DNA of 57,436 nucleotides, filler included, from Bipalium vagum (taxonomy: Eukaryota), in NCBI GenBank assembly GCA_037834085.1. It is 3 parts of 3 records of this genome, joined end to end, with 100 filler letters (N's around TTAATTAATTAA, not from the genome) between each part and the next. Parts side by side here need not be neighbours in the genome. Positions count along the whole stretch, not along the records: positions 1 to 22,347 come from JBBMKC010220462.1; 2 more parts are not named here. The stretch is one strand, 5' to 3'. The notes under the pieces are model-generated. The model searched no databases, was not told where the DNA came from, and saw only the letters and a program-made list of their open reading frames with translations. A program made the position numbers and the translations under genes. Every line of letters starts with the position of its first letter. Position 1 is the stretch's first letter. Shown piece after piece: positions 1 to 12,688 of the stretch.

Positions 1-219
1 TCTAACGACATTTTCGAATTTTTGCCACTAAAAATAAACAAAGCATAAATTATTTAAACATGGATTATTTTATTGATATATACATATATTTGTATTAATA
101 TGCATAATTACAGACTTTTCCTTTACACCATTCTATATGAGTCTCACTACTTATTGGGCGCACCACGTACTTTTGATGAATATTCAAATTTTGGCAATGT
201 TTTGCAGCTTTATTTACAT

Positions 220-901
220 CTACCCATTTTATAGATGCTTACGATTGTCGTATAGAATCCACTTTTTGTACATGTAACAATGCAATCCAAAAAATGGATC
301 ATTCTTTTTCCGTCAGAACAGAGAAATTTATGCATCAAAACGCTTGTTCATATGGTTTCCGTTAATTCATAAAGAATTCAACGACCAAGTATTTTTACTT
401 TATTTATTTGCCCTAAATGGTCCAAAATGATTGGAATTGAAACCTGAAATATTTCTGGTAATTCTGTAGTAAATTGGGATGTTTCTTTTCACCACATCCG
501 TCAATTCGTCATTGTTTCCCTTGGTTTCAGGTCTTCCTTGGCTCAGATTAGCCAGATCAAAATCACCAGATTTGAATTTTGTAAACCAACGACTGATGAA
601 GCTTTGGTTAGGCACACTATCACCAAAAACATCTTTTATGTTCCGGGCAGCTTGTGCCGTGCTGGATCCCCTACGGAACTCATATTCCATTACAATGCGA
701 TTCTTCAATTTTTCATGGTCCGTAAACTAACATTTAGATATAGTATGTAAAAATAAATTAATGTCTTACTTCATTGATTAAAAGTATGTATTTATGAAAA
801 AAGATTAAAACAAGAATTATTAATTTATATTAAAAATTCTCATATATATTAAAATTAAAACTGTCCTATTAAATCTATGCATTGTGGTCTTTATGGCCTA
901 A
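220..901 (-). mobile_element. Degenerate mariner transposon, 5' half
   Basis: ORF 400-708 (EYEFRRGSSTAQAARNIKDVFG...SRWFTKFKSGDFDL...GRP) is a mariner N-terminal HTH. Frameshifted continuation reads LDCIVTC.KWILYDNRK (first catalytic D region). A TATTAGG-type end lies at ~903 on the minus strand. Confidence 0.85.
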
Positions 902-1019
902 TATTTATTAATTATTATATTTATATATGTAAAATATAATTTCACTAAATTGTTATGAAACATAACTTTGTTTAAATAATACAGAAATTCAAAATTTCCA
1001 ACAATTGCGGTAAGTAATT

Positions 1020-1875
1020 TTAAATGACTATTTTGAAAGAGACCACAGCAGAAAGTCACTGCTTGCTCGTAGAAATTTATGATTCACATTCTCCTTCAGC
1101 GATAACATGCAAACATTCGTTTTATCGAGTCAGAAATTAAAATTACCTCACGAAGGACAAAGAGCATTGGCAACTTTACTACATGAAGACAATTGTCAAT
1201 ATACAATTCGAACAGCCGATTTATTAAATGTGTCTCAAGCTTTTACCTCAACGTCTGACAACCATTTGAATGATTAAAAAATTAGGGGATTTTGTCCATC
1301 ATAGCTTGAAGGAAAGAGACATTGAAAGCTAAATAAATTTGTGAAGTCCTACTTCAGTGATATAAACGGTTTTTGTATAGGATTGGTTCCATAAATACAA
1401 AATATCTTGGGTGAAGCTTGGTCAACCCGGTGAAACAGAATGTTCATGGATCTAAAGTTATGCTGTGTATCTAATGGGATCGAAAAGATGCGTCTATTAT
1501 GAAGTTCTAATTGGTGAACATTATCGATGTCAATTAATCCGTTTAACTGTGACGAAGAAAACACAAGAATGAAGGGACAGAAATGATAAGATAATTTTGC
1601 AACATGATAACCTACACCAGATGTTCATTTAATTATTCAGTATTACTTAGATGGTGCAAAATATTAAATCTTACATAACCCATCACATTTACCATCGAAT
1701 TTCTTCTTGTTCTGTATGATGCAATCATTATTTGATTGTCAGCGCTTCATTCCCGATGAAGATTTTCAGAATAAGATCAATTGTTGGATTTGTTCAAAAG
1801 ATTCAGAATTCTACTTTCCCCCAATCCATTCTTTGCGCGAAAGATGGACAAATATTTTGACTAAACGATTTTAAG
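1020..1875 (+). mobile_element. Degenerate Mos1-like mariner transposase relic
   Basis: Broken-frame translation gives TTAESHCLLVEIY, ILQHDN and FFLFCMMQSLFDCQRF...WICSKDSEFY...IHSLRERW, matching the Mos1-type C-terminus. Many stops and frameshifts. Confidence 0.8.
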
Positions 1876-4800
1876 TAAAACTTTAAAAGCAAATTACTTT
1901 TTACTAAAAACATTAAAAAAATATTTTGCCCCGAATGAAAAATAAAAATTGATTAAAGACTAAAATGTTGAGAATAATAAAATTAATTTTAAGGCAAATA
2001 ATTATAACATAATAAAATATATAATGTATAAAGTATTATTTAAATGTTTATTTTTTTTTAATAATCCAGGTCTTAATAAATTACAATTTTTCATTATTTT
2101 TTACCTCAAATTTAAACAACAATATAATTAAAATTATTGTCAAAAAACATAATAATAAATTTATTAATTATCCGAATTTATTTTTTAGGCTAAACATTAT
2201 AAAAATATAAATAATTTTCAACTACAAGGCCTCAGATAAAAAGTAAATATTTTCTAGAAAATATGTCTAATACATTTATGAATTTTGCAACTCATGTATT
2301 CATTTGGTTGAAAACTGCAGACTATTGAATTTCCATAACGCATCGAGTTTCAGCTCTGGAAAAGATAAAGGGCTGCGGTGACATGGGCAAATCAATATTT
2401 ATCCAAACGAACCATGTTAACAACCTATTTGGCATCCAGGACCGTCAATGCAGTCCCACAGAATCGGCTCGTTAGTGACGGCATGGGCCGCAACCTTAGA
2501 AATGAAACAGAAATTTTTTGTTTCGTCATTAATTTTCATAAATAAACAACTTTCTAACCAGATATTATGAGAGGAAATTAGCAGATTATTTCTCCATAAT
2601 TTTCATTAATATTTAATTTCGTCTTGTTCACGAGGCAATTCTTTTTCGCAGCGAGCGAACTTGCTCGTTTATTAAAAAGACACTGTTTCATTATTCCATC
2701 CTTAGGAACATCGGAAAAGTACCCGAAGGATATTTGCAAATTGAATCTTTTTTTGGTAATTTCATTTCCAAAGAATAAAGGAAAAAATTGATTTCTTCAT
2801 AACTTTTTCTCCGATTTCATTATATATGAAAAATTGGTTTTTTTTTCACTGTCTCCACAAGATGTAAGCTTTCCATCAAAAATGTGTAATTATAATTGCA
2901 ATACTAAAATGAATATTTTTTGGAAAAATTAATTTGAGAAAGTTTTTAAAAGAAAATATGAAAAGAAAGCCTTGTTTTTTTATTTTTCAAATTAATTCTC
3001 TAAAATAAAGATTCACGGGAAAATTTTTTAAATTGGAATTATTGGACTATTTTATTTGTAAAACATTTGTTTTACTGTATCAATGCATAGCGACTTAATA
3101 AATTAATAATTATAAACCTTGGTATTGTTTTTCAAAACCGGTAAAGGAAACGTTGGATGTACTTGTTTGGGATATCTTACCGTGTCCGTTGTATTCTCAA
3201 TATGATTATTATTTGTTTAGACTGATGACTCACTGTCTCTCTGGACAGCGTTTTCACAACTTCAAGGATTCTAAAAATTGGATTGAAGAGTGAATCTTAT
3301 TGAAACAAGAAATTTTTACGGTATTCACAAACTTATAAATAGGCCAAGGTTATAGATAACGATAAAAATTATTTAAGTTTGGTTAAAAAAACATTTTCCT
3401 ATACCTATACAAATAGATGAAACTATAAATTCCATTGAGAATTAAGTTAGATAAAACAAGATGTGATCCCTTATATCCTTATAATTGATATTGTCATTAT
3501 TAATTACGATTGTCAGATATACTTTAAAAAATAGATCCTTTTTATATCTCCTATGGAAATTAACATAATATTTTTTTATTAAATGAAAACTTTGGAAAGT
3601 TAAATGAACAAAGGAAAATTTTAATTTTAGTTTTAATTTTCAAAATTTAAATTTCTAACATGAAAATCTGCAAAAAATTACAATCAACATTTCCAATTTC
3701 TGCGTTTTGAATATTTCGCATTTGATGACTTTGTTTTATTATATCAATTTCTAATAAAATTGACTTAATTTAAAACAGTACTTATTTAAAAATTGAAATC
3801 AAAATTACAATACAGCAATCTTTAGTAAAATAAAAGAGTTGACGTTCTTTAATTTTCCTGTAATAGATTTTGTCAGTATTAATTATGATTGTACATCATT
3901 TTTATGAATATTTGTAAAATTACCAAAATGATATTCCTATGAAACCATTAAAATGAATTCAATCAAAATCCTTATACTTGCAATGCTTAAGCGAATAATT
4001 AGAATTAGAATAACACAGAAAACAATTTTTAAAAACGTCAATTTCGATTTTTTTATTAAACCTTCAAAAACTGAATGAATTTATGAATTTCTAATTTAGA
4101 AGTTCTGAACATTTTTTATCAATATTGTGTTATTATATCAATTACTAACGATTTAATCAGTTACAAAAAGTAGTCATTTTAAAATTAAACTAAATCTGGT
4201 TCATTACATTTAGTGATTTTATTTGTCAGTATTAAATAAGATTGTTAAATGTTTCTGAAATAGTGTATAATTTTTAGAATTTGAATTAAATTGGGTTTTT
4301 AAATGAATTTATAATTACAATTCACACTTAAAACAACTCAAAGAATTCTAAACTGAAAATACTAATTTAAGCTGTTAAATTAATAAATTAAAAGACTTAT
4401 TTTATTTTAAAATTCAGAATATCAGTTTTCAAAACTAAAAATTGATAAAAAAAATTAAATTTAAGATAATTATATAATCAGTATTAACATTTATTATTTT
4501 ACTGTTCACCCGTTTGTTTTAATACTCTCGAATTTTCGAATTCCCTAATTAATTACAATTGTTCTTAATTTAAAATCAAAGTTTAAATTGTGTTCGGAAT
4601 CATAAATGACATAATCTCTAGTTAGTAATTATTATGTAATAAAAATATTAAGTTAAATTAATGACAGGCATCTCAATCAAATATGGTGAAATTCAGAAAT
4701 TCTGATTTGGACCTTTTGCTAATTATATGATACTTTTTTCTCTGCCTACATTATCAATACATTTTAGAACCAATCAGTTTGGAAAAGAATTAATATTTTT

Positions 4801-6528
4801 GTTGAATTTTATTTTAAACAATAGATTTTTCATATCTAGTTACCAATTTTTCTAGAAATGGTTTATATTAGGTAAACTTTAAAAGAAAACTAAGAATAAT
4901 TAATTAATTTTAATTTTTCCTGGATTTCTTATATTGTTATAGTTACTAAACTATCCCGTTTTCTCTAATGTTTATATGTTCAGTATCAACTGGTCAGTAT
5001 AACGTTATAAAAAATCTTAAATTATCAGCAGCCACTTTGGTTTACCATGAACTGTATTATTAGCACAAAATTATCAGTTTGAAATATTTTGACATTTTCT
5101 TTTCTTTACAAATTTATTATTAGAATAATGTACATGTTTTGTATCTCTTTCAAGATAATATGATGCTTCACCGCAGCAACAAGGTTGTTTCTGTAATCAC
5201 TGAGAAATTTACTTATTTATTTTCAATATCATGAGTATAATAAGGCAATTTGAAATAAATATTTTCCACTCATCCCTGATTAATAACTTAGTAGATAATT
5301 ATTTTAAAAATATAATTCTACTGGATTTCGAAAAAGCTTGTAGTGCTGGGTTGGTCAAGGAGACATCCCTTAACCATTTAAATTAGAAAACTGCTTCAGG
5401 GTCTAGAATAATAATATAATAAATTAATTATAAAGAACGCTAAAGGGTCTGAAATAGTATAATAATAATATAATTATAATTAAAAGTACAAAAATTAATT
5501 ATTATAATAATTTTGTTATCTTTGATGGTAAATCCTCATAGTGTCAAATGTTGAATTACCAAGATTAGATCAGAGTTCACAATTAGGGACAGATTCAACA
5601 TTAAGTATCTAAATTGAATTGAAGTTCTTAATTAAGAATACTGGTCTACGATTGAGTAGTCGTCTGAACAATATAAAAGACATTGGCGTTTTCAGTGGAC
5701 AGCCACAAAAAATTAGTAGTTATTTTTATTATTAGAATAGCATATTTTTTGTGTTTAAAAGTCGGAAGTCGTTTTTTATTTGTCCGAAGAAAATTGCTAT
5801 TGAATATTTTTATCTCTACTTTTATGCGACAGGAGCCAAAGATGAGTCCTTCGCTGTTAGGAAGTTCATGAGCATACCGGTTAGAGCACATCAAGCGACT
5901 CTAGGAATCATCGTATTCTAAAGCGGTGAGATTCCACCCCTAATAATTTGTTTTGATTGTGAATTTTAGTAATTGGTTTCTGTTTTTCTATTCTTTTTAA
6001 TTATCATTTAAATCCAATTTGACTTATTGATTACTGATATTTTTTCATTTGATTGGATTTTATATTTATTGATGGTGACATTTTGCGATCAATTCGTAAA
6101 TCTTTGTGTTAGAGACAATAGTTTTGATTCAATTATTTTCGAACACATTATTGACAAAAGTAAAAGGGTCAATAAATGAACACATACGTGTTACCAAAGT
6201 AATATAGTTCCATAGTAATATAAAGCGTAACAAAATTAATAAAATAAATCATACCTCCAGTAAACATGATTGCGAAATGGATATGATTCAACAAAGATTC
6301 AAAAAAATAGACTAAAATATCAACTTTCAGTCAAAAAATCAATGTCAATTTTGAAAGTTCCACTTTACATGTGAAAAATAAAAAACCCAAACATTGCAAA
6401 AAACACCATAAATTATAAATTTTATTTTAAATTTAACAATTTTTGATAATTTAAACAAAATAAAAAATTTATTGCATTAGATAAGTTCCTAAAATCTTTT
6501 AAAAAAGCTCTTTGATTAATCTTCGTTC

Positions 6529-7920
6529 TCATCGCTGGAACCGATTTGCTCCGATTCTCGTTCTCTCTTCTGACAACCCGTGGTGTTCTTGGCCATCAAT
6601 CTGTTTCTGTCGGTAAAAGAAGTTGAAAACAACTTTGTGCCCGTCAAGGTTCATTGTCTTTCTATTGAACAAGGTTATTGCATCCTCCTTTTTATGGAAA
6701 TGCAGCAAGTACTGGGTGTTTACGTGCTTGATAACTGGAACTTGGAAATGAGACTCTAGGACCTCAGTAATGTCTTCGTTCTTAAAAGACATGAGAAAAA
6801 TCGTGTTAAAGTCAACATGGGTTATATCATCGAAATGTCTCCGGCACCTATAGATTTCTGGGTAAATAAGGTTCCCACCCATTTCATGGATTCTGAAATG
6901 ATCACGCCCCTTACAGGCATCACTTTTGTTGGCAAATCGAATAAAAGCAAAGCTTGGAACAATGTTATAAATATCAATTTATTGGTACCAAAACACTTAC
7001 CCCATGCAAACTAAATCTTCTCCATCAATCTTCAGAGGCAGATTGATTGACACTGGAGTTAAGGGGCGCAAGGCCAAGATCAAATCATATCGTTGTGTAT
7101 TCGCGGGTAAATTGCGAACGAAAATGATGCACTCCGTCAAAAGATCTAAAACCTTTTCGTTGAGAGCTGAAAACGAATCCATCAAGAGTTACCTTTTCTA
7201 TTGCTCATCTTCTCCAAAATGTTTCTATTTTGAATTGATTCTAATCTTTCACTTGTTATTTCTTCCAGTACCAATTCATATCCATCATCGGCATCATTGT
7301 TGTGAAGTTCATAATCATCATCTTCGCAATCTTCAGAATCTACAACTTCATCCCTTGGTTGATTCTCGTCCTCTTCCTCATACAATTCGCCTTCTTCTTC
7401 ATCTTCATCGTCCAATTCATAATCATCATCAAAAGGTTCTTCAACAGTATAAAGCAATTCCGGATCAAAAAATTCAAATTCTGACTGGTCATACAGGTCT
7501 TCATCATCCCCAAATAAATACATAAGATCAAATCCGGATCGGTAACCAAAGTCACCATGGAGCACATCTGACCAATTGTCACGATAGTTGTAATCGTTTT
7601 CATCTATGTCGATAAATTCAAAATAACTTGAACTTAAATCAGCACACAATTGAGAATCACCAGAAACCGAATTTTCAAAATCAAAAGAATCCAAGTCATA
7701 TTCATGATCGTTTTCACTCTGTTCACTGTTCAAACTTCTCACATCAGCCGGACCATGCTCACTTTCATCACTACTCCCAACATTCTCACAATCATCAACA
7801 GCGTTATAATTTAATTGAGAAGCGATATTATCTCCGTTGTTTTCACTATCAGTTTCTTGATCCTGAAAGAATAACAATAATTTCCTTGATGAATTGATTT
7901 ATGACCTGTTCTACAAACAT
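6529..7920 (-). CDS. Acidic-tract + two-RRM RNA-binding protein (nucleolin-like architecture), 4 exons, ~417-424 aa
   Basis: Exons 7920-7906 (MFVEQ), 7862-7193, 7145 (or 7166)-7001, 6952-6529. GT-AG introns of 43, 47 (or 26) and 48 nt all preserve frame. Splicing 7001/6952 creates RNP1 CMGFAFIRF downstream of RNP2 IIFVRNLP. A second degenerate RRM follows (TIFLMSF...YLLHFHKKEDA...LDGHKVVF). The N-terminal ~220 aa are D/E-rich. Confidence 0.85.
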
Positions 7921-8579
7921 TTTAATTGTGTTTTGTATTTTCGATATATTTTGTTTAAATTGAGAAAAAGTTTTAAAACAATTTGTTAATATTTTAAAAT
8001 GATTTCAATTATTAATCATTTAGTTAAACAATGATTAAAAATAACTTTAAATAAATTAAAATAATAACTGAAGATTGTTAAAAATGTTTTACCAATAAAC
8101 TTTTCTATTTAGATTTTATTTGGAAATTTTCTTTTAAATTAAAATCAAAATTTTCAGTTTCACATAAAATTTATTCTATTATGGAAGATGTTTTTTATGT
8201 CAGTAATATTGAGATTTATTTAAAATTGGCTTGTGTTTATGTTTAATTATTTGTGAAATTAGATTTTTTGTGTAAAGTTGTTAAAATCTATAATAGAATT
8301 TAATTTTCAATATTATTTTTCAAATTTTTTTTATTATAATTACGCAATTCATTTTGAATATCCAAACTTAATATTAGGAAAGAAAAAATTAAAATCTTTG
8401 AAAATAATCTTAAATATGGAAAAATGTTTATTTTGTAATCAAATTTAGCGCTCTTGACAGTCAAACTCTTCTTACAATGTTTATTATAGTCGTTACATAT
8501 ATAAAACTCATGATATTTAGCTTTGAGGTGGTGCACAAACGAGACTTGATTTCGTGATTAAGATGGTTAATTTTAAACT

Positions 8580-8810
8580 TATGGCATTACAGTTCAAGGA
8601 TGCGTCTGCAATATTTTCACAAATTTTATTCTAACCTTCTTTGAAGTACGGTAAAGAATCATCTTATTAGCTGCAGTTTCAATTACGGGTTTAGATTTGC
8701 AAACAATTACTGTTCAAGTTATTATAGATAATGAAAGAGCCTGTAGAGAAAAGCTTGACATCATCAATATTAAATTCAAGCATTTCTTTTTATATATGTA
8801 TTTCATAAAC
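8580..8810 (+). mobile_element. Possible hAT (DUF659-like) transposase relic
   Basis: Translation ITVQVIIDNERACREKLDIINIKFKHFF resembles hAT VVQVVTDNA...IEEKYPHIF; heavily decayed. Confidence 0.3.
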
Positions 8811-8999
8811 CAATGTCCTTTTATGCGCTCATTTCCAGGTGTTTGGCATTGATATTTATCTTCGCTGGCTGAGAACAGTAATTTTTGGAATTGATGTTTT
8901 GATTGTGGGGTAGTAATTCATAGATGAACTCCTAATAATTTCACTAAACAGACAGAAATACTTTTCGTAAGAGAAGTTCAGTCTTTGTGGTCTGTAAAA

Positions 9000-9110
9000 G
9001 AGTTTCATTTGTCTTGCTCTATGATCTTTTCCTTGTTACATTATCATATTGGATCAACTTCTCATCCATTACTATAATCTGCTTTAAAAAAGGAAAGATA
9101 CCCATTTCTT
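9000..9110 (-). mobile_element. Short mariner transposase fragment
   Basis: PFLKQIIVMDEKLIQYDNVTRKRS corresponds to the mariner PFLKRIITGDEKWIxYxNVxRKRSW motif. Confidence 0.7.
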
Positions 9111-9649
9111 TTGAGAAGACAATGGCGGTCATAACAATTTTCTTAATAAGGCTGGCTACCATAAGTTCAGTCAGATTTGAAACCATGGAAACGATAAAGC
9201 TAGAAGAATTAAAACTTTTCTTATATTGCATTGACTGAAATGCAAAATTTGGTCATATAGATAAAATGACTTAAATCAAATACAGTTACAATATTAAATA
9301 GATAGTATATATGAGGAAGGTTAGTCAAGTTTCAATAAATATAGCATAATTATCTAGCTCAAAACAATTTAAAATAGAATTAAAGTGACACCTAATTCTT
9401 GGTAGTTTACAGTCAATAATTAAGCACCAGCAGCTTTAGGAAAAATAAAAGAATTGGTAGGAGTTAGCAAACTCAATTAATAATAGCATGAGTATACATT
9501 TTTTCTTATTATTTGTTTGTGATTCCGTTATCTGGTTGGCCAAACGTAATTCTTATTCGGGGGATTCTTCACTTACTCTAAAGAGAGAATACTGTTGGGA
9601 TTGCGACAACAATGTATATTATTTAAATAATTATCCATATTATAATATT

Positions 9650-10610
9650 ACGTGGACAGGAAAGTAAAATCTTTTTTTTGTTTAAAACTTATTTTATATT
9701 TATCATTTGATTGCTATTTTCAAAAACAAATCTAAATACATTTTAAAGTTAAAGTAACTTATTTCTTTGTAAAATAATGAATTTCAAACTTTTTGTAGTT
9801 TTAATTTTAATGGCCACTCAAATACAAAAATATGTGCATATCCTTCATTGTAAACTTTTTGTATTTGATAAAAGCAATAGCGCCCTGCAATTGCACGAAA
9901 AACATTTGCAATGTATACCCAAAATCATTGGACAGTCGCAAAAGCTAAAGATGGTTTTAAAAGTTTAGATCAGGTAATTTAGATGTTTCCGACTCGTATC
10001 GATCAGAAAGACCAACAACTTTTGATAATGACATCTTAAGGGGAAATGTAAAGAAAAACAAGTGTCACACTATCGAAGAAATATCACACACATTTAATCA
10101 ACCTTGGTTAACTATCTAAGATATTTGTATTAGATTGGCAAAGTAAGTAAAGCAAATGTTTAGGTACCTCATAAACTCTCCAAAGGCAATAAAATTAATC
10201 GTATGAATAAATATCTGTTATTACCTCAACAGCACAATGTAGGAACATTTTTTGATCGTTTGATCGCAGAAACGAAAAATCTAAACAAAAAAGATCCCAA
10301 AATGAATCTCCGCTTTGTGCTGCTAAATCAGGTTTACAACCCAAAAAAGGTGCTTTTATACGTTTGTTACGATATTTGAGGAATCGTTCACTTTGAACTG
10401 TTGGAACGTGGACGACCTGTGAATGCAATCCTTTACTGTGAAAAATTGGATAGAAAAAATTATTCTTTACTCAAAAAACTTCTAACAGAAAAGAAGTTAT
10501 TCTGCAACACGACAATGCTAGACTGCATTGTGCAAAACAAACCCTGGAAAAAATTAATGAATTTGAATGGGAGGTTTTGCCTCATTCAGTATATTCCATT
10601 TGATTGAATC
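9650..10610 (+). mobile_element. Degenerate mariner transposon
   Basis: Fragments HILHCKLFVFDK, RWF*KFRSGNLDVSDSYRSERPTTFDND, *VPHKL, LQPKK, LQHDNARLH, LEWEVLPH. Confidence 0.85.
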
Positions 10611-11254
10611 CTTTATCTAATGAATAATAAAAAAATTCTAATAATATGGAATCAGAGGAACATAATCTACAAAAGAGAACAAATAAATAATAAATCTATT
10701 TCTTATTCTTTTTGTTAGCAGACAAAGCTCTGTCACTTGAAATATACATTCTCTATGATCATTTTGTAATTATATCAACTCACACCAATTTTGGAAATGG
10801 CACAGAAAAATATCTCACAATCATTATTTTTACTAATCATTACTGTTAGCCGCCGACACTTATTCTAAATTAATATCTATTAATATAAATCAAGACGCTT
10901 TTCAAAATGTGTATGTTATTAAAAAACTATTTAATATTTACCCCACAATTACAAAATTAGTCATTGAATTAGATGGCTCTAAATATTCAAGTCTTTCTAC
11001 TTCTGTTAACCCTAAAACTTTAAAGTTGCATTCGAAAATAAATATGGGAAAGTTATATTGTAAAATGATATTTCCATCTGCCTTTTTATCTAATTTCAAA
11101 TTCAAAAACGATAATTACTTCTGATAAATCCAAAGCATTTGTTGATAGTATAAAAAAATTAAAATTTCACATTTATTTAAATTTGTGAATTTAGTTGTTA
11201 AACATAAAGAAATTTATAAACAATCACATTTTTTGCTTTTTAAATAATGATGAT

Positions 11255-12688
11255 TAGGGCAAGTAAAAGTTAATAAAGTTAAAATGTGTCATATAAGTTC
11301 TCTTGACCTACAAAGCACATGTATACCATTTTCGATCAACGAAGGTCCTTCTATCGTGATTTATAAGGTTAAAATACGGGTAAAATTTATGGTTATGTTA
11401 AAAATAAAATTAAAATTAAAATAAATACAGTTAAAATTTTTAATAATAAAGTTAAAAGAAGTTTTTTAGGTTTAAAATAAAATTGCCCTAGTTATAAAGT
11501 TAAAATACGGTTAAAAAATGTTTAAATAATATTAGATAATAAATTAAATCAAATTTAACTTTTATAGTCGTTTAATTTTAGTTTGTAAGTAATTTTAATT
11601 TAAGTAATAATAATTTCTATAAATGTCAAAGATAGCAGCGAATCAATCATGCAAAGTCAACAGGTTCGTTATTGATTACCCGACAGAATTTATTGCTACC
11701 CCTTAAAATCAACTGTACTGCAAATTGTGCGACGCCATTGTAAAACATGAAAAGCGTCATTTTGTAGAGAGCCACCATCAATCTGGGAATCATAATAATA
11801 AGAAGGCAGCATGTTCTACTCAATCATTTTTGGCAATATCAAAATGTTGCTTTACAACAGAAGTAGCTAAAGCATTTATTCCGCTATATAAACTGAATCA
11901 TCCAGCAGTTGTCAAACTATTTAAAGTCCTTGGAAAGGATTTTCCATATGAGTCTTCATGCCTCTCCCAAGTGTCTTTTGCAGTTTGCTGCTGTAGGTCA
12001 GCCGCCACAACCAGTATTGAGAAGTTGGGGTACATGGCTAAACGAAATTATCTGGTATGCTCAATATTTGCTACTGTTCGGCATATTGCGGAAATAGGGT
12101 ACTTATTTCTCGCGCATAGCAATCTGTATCAAACAGCAGTTTGGCTGGAGAACTTCTTCAGCTAACAAAATACCAGAGTTTAAGCAAACTAATAGTAAAA
12201 GCTGAGAGCACTCAATATACAATTCATGAAGCTGCAGAAGATTTAGCAAAACTTTTTTCCAGGATGACCCATGTAGTATAAGAGCATACATTAAAAAGCG
12301 CTTATCAAACAACGATTTTTAGTCAATTATCAACAGCAATGGAGAGGAAGTACCACCTGCAACTTCTGTTCTGCTTCAATCATGTTAGCCAACATCATGC
12401 TCTGTGGAGAGAAGCTTTTCTATTGTTAAACATATAGTTCGCAAAGATCAAAATTTTGATCCCCATAATGTAAGCCATTATGAGATTGCCACGTATAACG
12501 GACTATTTTAATACAATAAACCACTTTTGTAGTGTACTTTAAGGTTAAAATAAGGTTATAAATTTAAATAATCAAGTTAAAAAAATATTTTGCCTTAATA
12601 GACATTAAGATACGCTAAAAGGTAAAATACGGTTAAAAATTTTAATAATAAAGTTAAAAAAAATTTTTAGGTTAAAAAAATTGCCCTA
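11255..12688 (+). mobile_element. hAT transposon (internally deleted, CGGBP1-like Zn finger) with TIRs and 8-bp TSD
   Basis: Ends are TAGGGCAA...TTGCCCTA, flanked by identical ATGATGAT (11247-11254 and 12689-12696). Subterminal AGGTTAAAATACGG repeats. Decayed ORF from 11623 reads LYCKLCDAIVKHEKRHFVESHHQSGNH (C2H2-type), PPQPVLRSWGTWL, and PTSCSVERSFSIVK (hAT dimerisation motif). Confidence 0.92.

Noticed and set aside
7004-7897. His-rich plus-strand ORFs (173 aa, 89 aa)
   Set aside because: Antisense shadows of the Asp/Glu-rich (GAT/GAA) exon on the minus strand.
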